Below, piece after piece: positions 22,501-30,782 of a stretch of 33,431 nucleotides of DNA. Within the stretch, counting starts at the first letter, position 1. Each line of letters opens with the position of its first letter. This DNA is from Octopus bimaculoides (Eukaryota), in contig NC_069008.1 in the NCBI RefSeq assembly GCF_001194135.2, positions 10,319,366-10,352,796 of the forward strand, read 5' to 3'. The notes beneath the pieces are model-generated. The model ran no database searches, was not told the DNA's origin, and was given only the letters and a program-made list of their open reading frames with translations. The translations under genes and the position numbers were made by a program.

Positions 22501-25500
22501 GCAGTGAATTTACTTTTAGAAGTTTAACAATAAATGTAGAGGAACAGCAACCGACACACTTTGACCAAATCCATCTCCCCTACCTTTGCTGTGGTCAACC
22601 TCAGAATCTTCAGAAATATAGAAATAGACTGGACTTTGAAGAGTTTATAATATGTTCATATGGTGGACACTACACTGCATACGGTTAAACTTCTGAGTGT
22701 CAGAAATAGCCAAACAGTAAAGAGAGTATAACTACAATTGACTGCTGTATGTCACATATAAATTAAACAGTGGTGAGAGTATGACATGCCCAAATTGTCA
22801 CACTGCACCTCTATATGTCAAAAACAGATTTGATATTGGAGAGTATAACATGTCCAGACTATCTCTACACCATAGACTGGACATACAAGTGAGTACATGT
22901 CCAAATTGTCACACTGCATCACCATATCTCAGAAACAGATTTGACAGTGAAGAGAGCACATGTCCAGACTGTCACTACACCACATACAATTGACATACAA
23001 ACATCAGATATAGATTGGACAGTGGAGAAGGTGCCACATAGCCAGACTGTCACACTGCACCATGTATGTTGGTCATAGACTGGAAAGTGGAGAACGTACA
23101 CATCTAGACTGTTATACTACACCACATACAACTAACCACTGTGTGTCGAAGATAGTCTGGACAACAGAGACAATATAATTATGTGCAGATTGTCACCGTA
23201 ACCTCTGTATGTCAGATATAGACTGGAGAGGGAGAAAGTATAGTATGTCCAGGCTGTCACATTATAATTGACTACTGTATGTCAAAAATAGACTTGACAG
23301 CAGAAAGAGTACAACATGCTCAAACTGTCACACCACACCACATTGAGAGAGTACAACCTCCAACAATAGAACAGAGCTGCATGACCAGAACTGATCTGGG
23401 TTACTCAATTATAACAGATAGGAGAAAATACAATATGTTCAGATAGCCACATTTGACAGGAGCCTGGGGTTAAATAACAACAGCAATATCACCCTCACCT
23501 TAAAAAAAGACAATCAAACAAATTGTAATTACCTCATAATAGATCTCTTTGATGATATCTAACAATGCATTGATGATAGGTAACTGTATGTACGGTTGGA
23601 AATAGTCTCTAGCTTGTGCCAGGACTGAGACTAGTCGATCAGTTACATATTGCATGATTTGGATTCCATTCTCAAAGACAAACTCAAAAGCATCCATAAA
23701 AAAGTTGGTGAGTTTTGGACCAAATTCATGTTTGATATAATGTGTGATGTCTGAAATAATAAAGAAGGGAGGAAATTAAATAAATACGATAAATAAATTG
23801 AGGTAAAATAGCTTATTAAATTACTCCTTTCTTGTTATCTATATTTTTATTTTGTAGTATTTAGTTATATCCCTTAGATTTAGACTTCAAATATTGCCAC
23901 AAAAGTAAATTATTAGAATCATTAGAACTACATGGTTCTGGGTTCAGTCCTACTGCATGGCACCTTGGGCAAGTATCTTCTACTACAGCCTCAGGCCAAT
24001 CAAAGCTTTGTGAGTGTATTTGGTAGATGGAAACTTAAAGAAGCCTGTCATATATATGTGTGTGTGTGTTTGTGTTTGTCCCCCACCCCCACTGCTTAAC
24101 AACTGAAGTTGGTATGTTAATGTCACTGTAACTTAGTAGTACAGCAAAACAGGCAGCAAAAATAAGTACCAGGCTTAATAAAATTAATAAAAGAATAAGT
24201 ACTGGGGTTGATCCACTTGCATAAAATTCTTCAAGGTGGTGCTCCAGCATGGTCACAGTCTAATGACTAAAACAAGTAAAACAAAAAAAAAACAGACAGA
24301 ATGCATGGTTGTATTCTTTCTAACTTTTTGCCCTCTGACTTCCTTGTTCTGCCGTATTTTTGACAGCTGATGCCAGATTATTGCCAACTACTTTGCACCA
24401 TAAGCTGGGTACATTTGATTTGGCGACTGGCTGTAGAGAGATTGTTAATGACAGCACTCAGAATCACTTCAGTGTTTACAGGGAGTCTCTACATTTCTAG
24501 ATGGCTTTACTTCACTGCAGCTTGCAAAATTCATGTTTTCTCCATCTTTTTACATACATCATTGTACAGTATTTATCATTTTTTTTTTATCTTTTATCTT
24601 TTACTTGTTTCAGTCATTAGTCTGTGGCCATGCTATGGCACCGCCTTAAGATTATTTTCATCTAATGAATCAACCCCAGTACTTTTCTTAATTTCTTATC
24701 TTTAAGCCTGATATTTATTCTTGCAGGCTATTTTGCCAAACCACTAAGTTACTGGGTACATAAACAAACCAGCACCAGTTGGAAAGTGGTGGTGGGGGAC
24801 AAACACAAGGACAATAAATCACGCACGCACACACAAACACACACACACACACAAGTTTCAGTTTCTGCCTACCAAATCCATTCACAAGGTGTCACGCCGT
24901 GGGACTGAACCTGGAACCATGCCATGTGGTTGAGAAGTAAACTTCTTACTCCATAGCCATGTCTGTACCTATCATCATGGTCATCATCATTGTTTTATGT
25001 CTGCTTCCCATGTTGGCATAGTAGGACATTTCAACAGAATCTGATGGGCCAGAAAACTACACTAAGCACCAGTGTCTACTTGGCCATGGTTTCTATGGCT
25101 GGATGCCCTTCACTTTACAGAGTGAACTGGCTGCTTTTTTCCTGGCACCAACACAAGTAAGTTAACCAAAATGATTTCATATTTTAGTGCAAGGTGGCCT
25201 TAGATACAAATTCCCAACTACAAATGTGACAACTCACCATTTATAAAGAAATTCTGTTTCAAGTAATTCACTGCTGCCATGACCAATTCAATATAATGGG
25301 TATGACTTCTATGGAGGTGGTGTGTAAGGGTCTTACTCATGTATGTAGATGTTATCTGGAAAAAAAAAGCCATGTATTGTAATGATTTTTAGAGGAATAA
25401 AATAAGAATCATGAAACCACAGAAGTAAGAGGGAACAACAGCAGCAGTAACAACAACAAGGACAACACAGGTGTAGCATCAACAAAAGATATAATATCAA

Positions 25501-28500
25501 CATGTGATAGATGTTTTCTCACCAAAGTATTGCAGTCTATGAAGATGTCTGATGGGGTTCTCAGTTATTTGATTTAACCCCTTAAAATTCAGATTATTCT
25601 GTAAAATTTAATGCTTATTTATTCATAGTATTCTGAATAAACTATGCATTATCACATAGCTTCAAGATTTCCAGGTGATTGTGTTATGGCAAGAATCATG
25701 ACACCACATAAGAATGGACTAGCCGAACTCGTATAAGTAGCTGCATGTTTGACTGAGAGTGAGAAATGAAAAAATTCAGGAAGTCGAAAGGTGTTATTCA
25801 TGAGTTCATGGAGTCACAGGAAATTGTTGAGAAGTTGCTATAGTTCGTTCAGAGTTGTTTCGGATTGGTTACAGTTGTTGGCAGAGTATTTGGGAATACA
25901 TCAAGTGGAGATAGTTGGTGCCTATCCTGTTCTGTGTTATTGTATATCACACTGTATTAGTGCATGACACTAAGGTGACATATACAAAAACCACATTATA
26001 AAAGATTATTTCTTTTTAGAATGACATTATAAGGTAGGTGTGAAAGGCCAGAGCTGGTTAGTTTGAACATAAAATTAGTAAAATATTTTGGCTGGATACA
26101 ACTGACCATCACATGGTCTATTCTTACTAAAATAAATGTGTTAATTTCTGTTCTGTCATAAGCCCAAAATAGCAATAGAATACTATGAATAAATAAAAAA
26201 AAAACTAATTTATTTTAAATTTAAAAAATCTATTTATTTAAATAAATAGAAAATCATTTAAATGAAAAATTATTTAAAGTGAATAAAAAATAAAATCATT
26301 TACTTAAAAGAAATAATGATTCGTTTTAAAATTTTAAAAAAAAAATTGTTTTAAATAAACAAAAATTGTTAAATAAATAAAATCATTAATTTTAGACAAA
26401 TAAATAAATAAAATCATTTAAATAGTTAAAAAGAAAACAGAATAATTCTTGCATTGTTAATAGTTTCTGTTAGTCACATTTTAAATATAGAATACTTCAC
26501 AAACTATCTTCTCAAAGACCAAGAAAAAAAAAAAAAGGAAGTAAATATGCCAGTGCAGCCTTGTCTGGATGATGAGAAAATTATTAGATTTTGCAGGTTT
26601 CCAATTACAATGGAAAGCAAAAGAAAATTTATTTGAACCACAGGCAGACAGACAATAATTTCCTTTGTTTCTTTTTCTTTTTTTTTTTCCTAAATTGCAA
26701 CAAATGACTGTTGGTGATAAATATTTCAGAGACAAATATTTATTGTTATAATATTGATATAAACTTTTGTTTTCTTTGAATCCATTTCTGGTCAAAGATT
26801 TTTTTTTTTGTTTTTTATTTTTTTGTTCAGCAGTTTATATAAATGACCTTCAGGCCTTTGAAAATGAGAAAATATCTTGCAAAAATATCTTAAGCTGTAT
26901 TGTTTGCTTTCATTGCACAGGGGTTATTTTGGGTAAATGGATTGTAATTTGAAAACTGAAAAATTCAACAAAGAGTGCAAAAGAGAATTTGTAAAGATTA
27001 CTGACCAGCAGTCAATAAATTTTGTGACTTAAATGTTTAGACATTTAGACAGAGCCTTTGCAAACTGATCAGTTCTACAAGTATTTTTTTTTTAATGGTC
27101 ATTAAATTTCCATCTCATCCATCCATTATTCCTGGGAGGGTTGTTGGGGTAGAGTCCTTAGGTACCACCTCCCAGGGTCCTATCAGAAACAGCTGTTATT
27201 ACATTTTCTGGCTGGATTCCTAAGCACAATCAACTAAGATGATGGATACTATCCAACCAGCTCATTCTTGATTTACCTCTAGGTTTCCTATGGAATGGCT
27301 CAGTTTGAAGAACACATTTTGTGATTCTTACCTGCAACATTCCAATAACATGTGTGCAGTACTGTATGTAGTATGAAGTAAAGGCTCTGTCAGTGGGAAG
27401 TGTGCCACTGACAGAGCAGCTTGAGGCCCCTTCCTGTGAAGAGGAAGAGTTTGTCCTCCTTTATCACGAGGGAGGGCCTGTAAGAAAAGTTGTGGACGAC
27501 CAGTGCGACCAAAGAATTACATACTCGGAATGCACAGGCAGTCCATTATGGCCTCTGCAGGTGACTGCGGAGGTGATACAGCATACAGTGTTGTCAAGGG
27601 TCATGGAGACCCGTGACAAGAGTTTGCGTTCCTTTTCGCGGACCCTGACTTGTCACTGCAGAGTTGTCTGCAGGTGGCAAGTCAACTTGCTTGGGGGCCC
27701 TGATGATTGAATTTTTGTTTTGTACTTTAATTGTTTGTTGTAACTGAACTGTTTGAACAATGATTTTGAGGGGTTTTTGGTTGGCGGGCTTCGAATACCC
27801 CTCTCATTTATATCATCCATATCTTATCATCCTTCATTTCATTAATGTATCTGTCCAGCCTGCTTTGCTTCTTGCACTTCTGTATACAGCTCTAGTGGCT
27901 AATTAAATGATATAATGAAGTAATGGGGAGAAGTTGCAGTTTGACCTGGAGAGACTCCTTGATCTTTGAGTTATGCATCCTGTCAAATAATGTTATTTCA
28001 AAGATCTTTCAGAGGAACCTCATTTTGGTTACTTGTATTCAAGATTGTACTCTTTTGGTCATTACCCAACAGTTTAAAATATATACAATTATGTAGTGTC
28101 TTTGAAAAATTGATAATTCTACAAGAGTGCCAATAGAAAATATGCTGCACGATTGAAGATGCAAAAAATGAATGAATATTTCAGGAGCTATTGCCCTTTC
28201 TTCAGCACCATATCCAACCTGGCAAACTTATTGGGTATTTAAGCAATGTATTCATGGATAGTTGATGGCTTGGCTATGGTGCTGATGAACGAACAATAAC
28301 TCTTGAAATATGCATGTACACCAATTACCTATCTTTTCTATCTTCAACCACATTGTTTACATAGATATATTTGTATGCAAAACACCATAACTTTCAGTGC
28401 TGCGTCTGAATTCTATAGAAAATTTGTAAACTTAAAAATGAGAACATTGCACTGCTAACACAAAAAGACATATTGACTTGTAAACTTTTAATATACTAGG

Positions 28501-28546
28501 TAATATATTATGTTTGCAAAATGAAATATTGTGTCCTTGCTAGCAA

Positions 28547-28592
<46 letters not shown>

Positions 28593-30084
28593 TTCTAAGA
28601 CATATCAACGCTTCTAAAGCAAACTTTGTTTGTTTGTTTATGTTCATCATAATTTGAATTTAATATATATATATGATGTATGTATGTATGTATGTATATT
28701 TATACATGTGTGTGTGTATACACACATAATATGTTTGCGTGTTTGTGTGTGAAACTTTGTGTTTGTACCCCTGCTCTGTGTGACAATTGGTGTTGGCTTG
28801 TGTATATCCCTATAACTTAGCAGTTTAGCAAAATTTTCTGATAGGAGAAGACTTGAAAAATGTATTGAGGTTAATAAAATATTAGTGAGAGAAGCAGAGT
28901 TAGTGCCAAAAGGCACCATGCTCATATATGAGAAGACTCTAAAGGCTAATATCGCAGTATTTGACATTTTAACAAGACATCCATGTTAAGTTGGATATAA
29001 AGATTACCTTTTACTACTAATACTGCTTCCATCACTAATCATCATCATCATTGTTGTCATTTAACGTCTGCCTTCCATGCTAGCATGGGTGGAACACTTT
29101 TTATTTACAACATCAGTGACTGATAAGAGACTGAAATTCTATATATAGTAGCAACAAGGTTTGGCTGCTATGAGGTGACTGGATGCCTGTCACAGAGGAA
29201 GTCCAGTAGATTGAGATCACCTGATCTGGCAGTTCTGGCACCCATAATAGACGATTCTTGTCTGCAACGATTTATGTCTGTGTTTTATGCCTGATGCATC
29301 TATATAAGAGGACTTCTCAAGGCTAGTATAGCAGTACTTGGTATACTAACAAGACATCCACATTTATGTTGGCCATAGAGATTGCCTTTTATATTAAAGT
29401 TAATCTGTCTGGATAACCAACAAAGCAGTGCTCAAGCAAGGCCACAATCTGATGACTGAAACAAAAAAATGAATAATGCAAGAAAATGAATAATGACTAT
29501 TGCATTTATTTTATTCGTTATTTTCATTTTTCTTTTTACTACAAAGACCCCAAACATGACATGGAGATACTAAGCAAATGATACCCCAGGTGAGAGCTTG
29601 AGTTACCAGTGCTTTTAATTGGCCTTGATTAAGAAAACCACAATTTCTTTCAATCATATAAAGTTCTCTGAGAAGTTAAAGATATTGAATTACTCACCTT
29701 ATATTGGTCATATAAATATTGGAATATCTGTTGGCAAATTTCCCATATTTTCACCATCTCAAACCACACCTGAGATTGATACTGAAGGAGCTGACTACCC
29801 TTCAAATAGTCATATATTTTCCACATGGCTTTATGAAAAGACTTCACATACAGGTAATTGTTGTTATAGTGATCCACAAGTATCTTGGAATAGATGGAAT
29901 ATTCATGGTGGGCATTTTCAAATTCAGTTTTAATGTATGGGACGAGTGGTTTCACTTCAGTAAGAATTGCTTGGTTAATCGGTTTCACAATGTCCCAGAA
30001 GGACATTGCAATATTTTGAATATTTTGTTGTCCTGTTGACTGAAATTCTTTATGACAAGTTTTAAGAGCTTGAGAAAAATAATT
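114..30084 (-). CDS. Partial multi-exon gene: large lipid transfer protein (apolipophorin/apoB/vitellogenin-like), C-terminal 946 aa; continues beyond both window ends
   Basis: Ten exons with canonical AG/GT ends; phases chain 0-0-1-0-1-0-0-1-1-1-0 with no stop. Domain order VWD (HVITFD...GLFGTYNNEPHDDF), C8-like, vWA-like (ADIIIVLQE..C, KFGLVGFGG), CxxCxC...CxxC matches my knowledge of the apolipophorin C-terminus. Exact ortholog not determined. Confidence 0.85.
531..745 (+). mobile_element. SINE, family B (GGTGAGCTGGCAGAA head)
   Basis: Homologous to copies at 5608-5798, 15378-15567, 15592-15787; B-box-like GAGTTCAAATTC. Confidence 0.75.
1240..1620 (-). CDS. LLTP gene exon I (381 nt, phase 1 to 1), FSNTKFGLVGFGG...AHIY
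   Basis: Acceptor tttttttaAG, donor ATG|GTAATT; motifs FGLVGFGG and YPFRTGAMKAVILVTCSSC. Confidence 0.9.
1657..1710. repeat. (AT)n(AC)n microsatellite
   Basis: Directly visible. Confidence 0.95.
1787..2109. mobile_element. Non-autonomous hAT (Charlie-like) MITE, 323 bp
   Basis: TIR CAGAGGTTCTCAAA vs TTTGAGAACGTACG (degenerate outer end); perfect 8-bp TSD ATCTAAAA at 1779-1786 and 2110-2117. Confidence 0.85.
3928..4353. mobile_element. Two adjacent degenerate MITE-like repeats, possibly piggyBac-related (TTAA/CCCTTT ends)
   Basis: 3928-4150 is homologous to 25574-25680 plus 26005-26110; 4150-4353 ends AAAAGGGTTAA; family assignment from memory. Confidence 0.45.
4560..4742 (-). CDS. LLTP gene exon H (183 nt, phase 1 to 1), LFCLTINE...ADIIIVLQETKC...LLSLI
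   Basis: Acceptor ttttcattgcAG, donor ATAA|GTAAGT; AD.(hydrophobic)4..E..C motif. Confidence 0.88.
4790..5370. repeat. GA-rich low-complexity region with (GT)n(GA)n core
   Basis: Directly visible; fills most of the intron between exons G and H. Confidence 0.85.
5395..5566 (-). CDS. LLTP gene exon G (172 nt, phase 0 to 1), C8-like domain, VTPGYFYKMC...MPMEC
   Basis: Acceptor caccacAG, donor TGTT|GTGAGT; Cys spacing of C8-like domain. Confidence 0.88.
5608..5798 (-). mobile_element. SINE, family B
   Basis: Reverse-complement homology to 531-745. Confidence 0.75.
5924..6290 (+). mobile_element. tRNA-derived SINE (single copy of its family here)
   Basis: A-box-like TGTCCCAGTGG and B-box-like GGTTTTGATTCC at the 5' end; GC-richer body. 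Confidence 0.65.
6310..6700 (+). mobile_element. Retroposon 3' part, family D, (GAT)n tail, with internal duplication of about 95-100 bp
   Basis: GCATCCAGCTGTAAAA occurs twice; ends GTTAAACAATGATGATGAT; homologous to 7445-7620. Confidence 0.65.
7445..7620 (+). mobile_element. Family D retroposon with a long clean (GAT)n tail
   Basis: GGTTGGCGTTAGGAAGGGCATCCAGCTG...CATGCTAGCATGGAAAGCGGACGTTAAAC(GAT)n. Confidence 0.75.
7650..7835 (-). mobile_element. tRNA-derived SINE fragment
   Basis: Minus-strand head TGGCCTAGTGG (A box) ... GATTTCAATTCC (B box-like). Confidence 0.6.
8361..8705 (-). mobile_element. tRNA-derived SINE, family A
   Basis: Reverse complement of the GGTTCAGTCCCACTG...ATGACTGAAACAAGTAAAA family seen at 17862-18222. 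Confidence 0.75.
8798..8860. repeat. (AT)n(AG)n microsatellite
   Basis: Directly visible. Confidence 0.95.
9477..9580 (+). mobile_element. Family A SINE, 5' part only
   Basis: GTGGTAAGAAGCTTGCTTCCCAACCACATGG...GGGTTCAGTCC head. Confidence 0.7.
10658..11167 (-). CDS. LLTP gene exon F (510 nt, phase 0 to 0), VWD C-terminal half and start of C8-like domain
   Basis: Acceptor gtggcAG, donor CAG|GTAAGA; motifs SGWYFNKVAGLFGTYNNEPHDDF, FAKSW, C..LF...SS.F..CF. Confidence 0.92.
11404..11611. other. Assembly gap (208 N)
   Basis: Run of N. Confidence 1.
12971..13250. mobile_element. Palindromic element with two degenerate hammerhead-like motifs
   Basis: Arms about 12996-13107 and 13142-13249 are inverted copies; CTGATGA-AGGCTG..CAGCC-(G)AAACGTT-GTGT; 12-bp flanking direct repeat ATTAAGAAATTT. 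Confidence 0.75.
13446..14160 (+). pseudogene. Decayed Helitron Rep/helicase N-terminal fragment
   Basis: (M>I)PPKKRHHLSRN, then C..C....E..GMCC...V.LP.L..P and FLNNIRQDNSAFQMT, typical of the Helitron RepHel N-terminus; stops and frameshifts present. Confidence 0.8.
15086..15285 (+). mobile_element. Fragment of R4/Dong-like non-LTR retrotransposon, restriction-like endonuclease C-terminus
   Basis: With frameshifts reads KYQDLKIEV/LWHLRTTIIHVIIGALGIVP...IVLMGAAHILRK. Confidence 0.6.
15378..15787 (-). mobile_element. Two tandem family-B SINE copies (15378-15567, 15592-15787)
   Basis: Each aligns to the reverse complement of 531-745. Confidence 0.75.
15917..16134 (-). CDS. LLTP gene exon E (218 nt, phase 1 to 0), VWD N-terminal half, AHAILFGSQHVITFD...ILQNQK
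   Basis: Acceptor ctctctttcAG, donor AAG|GTAATT; VWD motif H.ITFD and C..VL..D. Confidence 0.92.
16190..16516. repeat. Compound (AG)n/(AGAT)n microsatellite
   Basis: Directly visible. Confidence 0.95.
16930..17173 (+). mobile_element. Family D retroposon 3' end
   Basis: CATCTTGCAAGTT...ATGCTAGCATGGAAG..(GAT)n as in 6310-6700. Confidence 0.55.
17431..17475 (-). ncRNA. Hammerhead-like motif, family 3 (GGTG/CACC stem I)
   Basis: Minus strand GGTG-CTGAAGA-AGGTGcaagaaCTCCT-GAAA-TATGCATT-TA-CACC. Confidence 0.55.
17730..17860 (-). mobile_element. RTE-type LINE C-terminal fragment
   Basis: MQRYHYGKLASGRRPQHKLKLHFKDCVK resembles the RTE motif P..LLYGEL..GKR..G.P..RFKD..K. Confidence 0.5.
17862..18222 (+). 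mobile_element. Family A SINE, near full length
   Basis: tRNA-like head, central GT-rich stretch, tail GTCTAATGACTGAAACAAGTAAAAG. Confidence 0.78.
18967..19015 (-). ncRNA. Minimal type I hammerhead-like motif, twin of 19427-19475, host-gene sense
   Basis: Reverse complement identical except for one loop II base. Confidence 0.65.
19427..19475 (+). ncRNA. Minimal type I hammerhead-like motif (U4C core variant)
   Basis: GTCT-CCGATGA-a-GGGAAG/CTTCCC-a-GAAA-CAGCTG-TA-AGAC: stems I and II perfectly complementary, palindromic stem III, GUA triplet. Confidence 0.65.
19523..19561. repeat. (TA)n microsatellite
   Basis: Directly visible. Confidence 0.95.
19583..19925 (-). CDS. LLTP gene exon D (343 nt, phase 0 to 1), MIAACSD...DVANWFPPFK
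   Basis: Acceptor cacgcAG, donor AAG|GTAAGC; the W.PPF. motif precedes the VWD domain in apolipophorins. Confidence 0.9.
20379..21648 (-). mobile_element. Full-length (1270 bp) inactive mariner DNA transposon, DD34D
   Basis: TIRs TTAGGTTGAGTAAAATGTAAGCAACGTTTTGAA and its near-complement; TA target duplications at 20377-20378 and 21649-21650; transposase motifs TCDEKW, HDNA, SPTDY. Confidence 0.95.
20453..21478 (-). pseudogene. Mariner transposase pseudogene (342 codons, single frame)
   Basis: Probable start codon now ATA; at least 3 in-frame stops (TGA 20900, TAA near 20840, TGA 20606); no net frameshift; 34 residues between second and third Asp. Confidence 0.9.
21886..22048 (+). mobile_element. 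Family A SINE, 5' half
   Basis: Homology to 17862-18020. Confidence 0.75.
22376..22420 (+). ncRNA. Solitary minimal type I hammerhead-like motif with intact core and GUC triplet
   Basis: TTCCCA-CTGAGGA-aGGCTaaaaAGACa-GAAA-CAGCTG-TC-TGGGAA; 6-bp perfect stem I. Confidence 0.65.
22610..23360 (+). repeat. Degenerate minisatellite, unit about 60-75 bp, roughly 11 copies
   Basis: Recurring GAGAGTAYAACATGTCCAGACTGTCACACTRCACC...ATGTCAGAAATAGACTGGACAGT. Confidence 0.8.
23533..23750 (-). CDS. LLTP gene exon C (218 nt, phase 1 to 0), ITHYIKHEFGPK...IKEIYYE
   Basis: Acceptor ttatttcAG, donor GAG|GTAATT, open frame. Confidence 0.85.
23926..24285 (+). mobile_element. Family A SINE, slightly 5'-truncated
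   Basis: Homology to 17890-18222. Confidence 0.75.
24598..24970 (-). mobile_element. Family A SINE with internal deletion
   Basis: Homology to 8361-8705; lacks the GGCTTTGG...GACACTTGCC segment. Confidence 0.72.
24970..25150 (-). mobile_element. Family D retroposon fragment
   Basis: (ATC)n start and TTTCTATGGCTGGATGCCCTT motif; similar scraps at about 783-850, 29036-29100 and 30145-30290. Confidence 0.55.
25238..25355 (-). CDS. LLTP gene exon B (118 nt, phase 0 to 1), ITSTYMSKTL...KQNFFIN; not in the ORF track
   Basis: Acceptor tttttttttccAG, donor ATG|GTGAGT, open frame; supplies the 0-to-1 phase change required between exons A and C. Confidence 0.75.
25574..26110. mobile_element. Second copy of the 3928-4150 repeat, interrupted by a roughly 320-bp insertion (25681-26004), possibly Penelope-derived
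   Basis: Both halves are colinear with 3928-4150; origin of the insert is weakly supported. Confidence 0.5.
26180..26430. repeat. Very AT-rich low-complexity tract with recurring AAAATCATTTA
   Basis: Directly visible. Confidence 0.7.
28148..28360. mobile_element. Inverted pair of family-3 hammerhead-bearing repeat fragments
   Basis: Minus copy about 28170-28219 and plus copy GGTG-CTGATGA...GAAATATGCATGTA-CACC at 28278-28322; flanks match 17390-17490. Confidence 0.6.
28549..28588. repeat. (AT)n microsatellite
   Basis: Directly visible. Confidence 0.95.
29698..30084 (-). CDS. LLTP gene exon A (387 nt, phase 0 to 0), NYFSQALKTC...LYDQYK
   Basis: Acceptor ttttcgttttcAG, donor AAG|GTGAGT, open frame, amphipathic-helix-like composition. 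Confidence 0.85.
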
Positions 30085-30409
30085 CTGAAAACGAAAAAAA
30101 AAATATATTTCTATATATACATATATTCATAAACATACACAAATCATTGTCATCATCATCATTATTTCACATCTACTTGCATAGGTCAGACAGAATTTGT
30201 TAACGCAGATTTTCAACAACCAGATGCCTTTCCTGTCACTATCCCTCGCCTTTTCCCAAGGAAGGTAATAGACCCCAATGGCTAGATACATTTAGCACAG
30301 AAATGAACAACATTGCTTGCATGATGACAATGCTCACTTTCAACCAGCACATGAGGTCTGGATAAGAGTACATGCAAACATGAACATGCATATACACATA
30401 ACCAATTGG

Positions 30410-30555
30410 CTTTTTTCAAGTTTCCATCTACTACGGACATTCACAAGGCTTTGCTTGGCCCAGGGTTATTGAAGAAGGTTCTGCACAGTGGGAATGAATT
30501 CAATACCATGTGGCTGAGAAGCAAGCTTTTTAATCACATAGTTACACATGTTCCT
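30410..30555 (-). mobile_element. Family A SINE fragment
   Basis: CACAAGGCTTTG...CCATGTGGCTGAGAAGCAAGC matches family A. Confidence 0.65.
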
Positions 30556-30782
30556 ACTGTACCACATCTGCACTTATATAAGATCCAGTGATCGAGGTGT
30601 ATGAAGAAAGTTAGCTTCAAGCAATCAGTAGTAAATATAAAAAAACAACTTTCAAGGACAATAGTGGTTCATTGAGATGGAAGGCTGTGGATTTGTTTTG
30701 TATTGAAGTACGATAAACTGAAAAAATTTCTTCTTATATTTCACAGTAGGTGACCAGGATTGCTGAATGTGAAAATAAGAAC

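Noticed and set aside
22610-23360. CRISPR-like array or multiheme cytochrome c
   Set aside because: Eukaryotic intron, degenerate units without unique spacers, no cas genes; CxxCH frames are interrupted
27183-27200. GAAACAGCTGTTA half-motif like the hammerheads
   Set aside because: No upstream CUGAnGA core or matching stem I
27331-27360. Possible 30-nt phase 0-0 cassette exon on the minus strand (CAG|GTAAGA donor)
   Set aside because: Weak acceptor, not needed for phase continuity, no homology support
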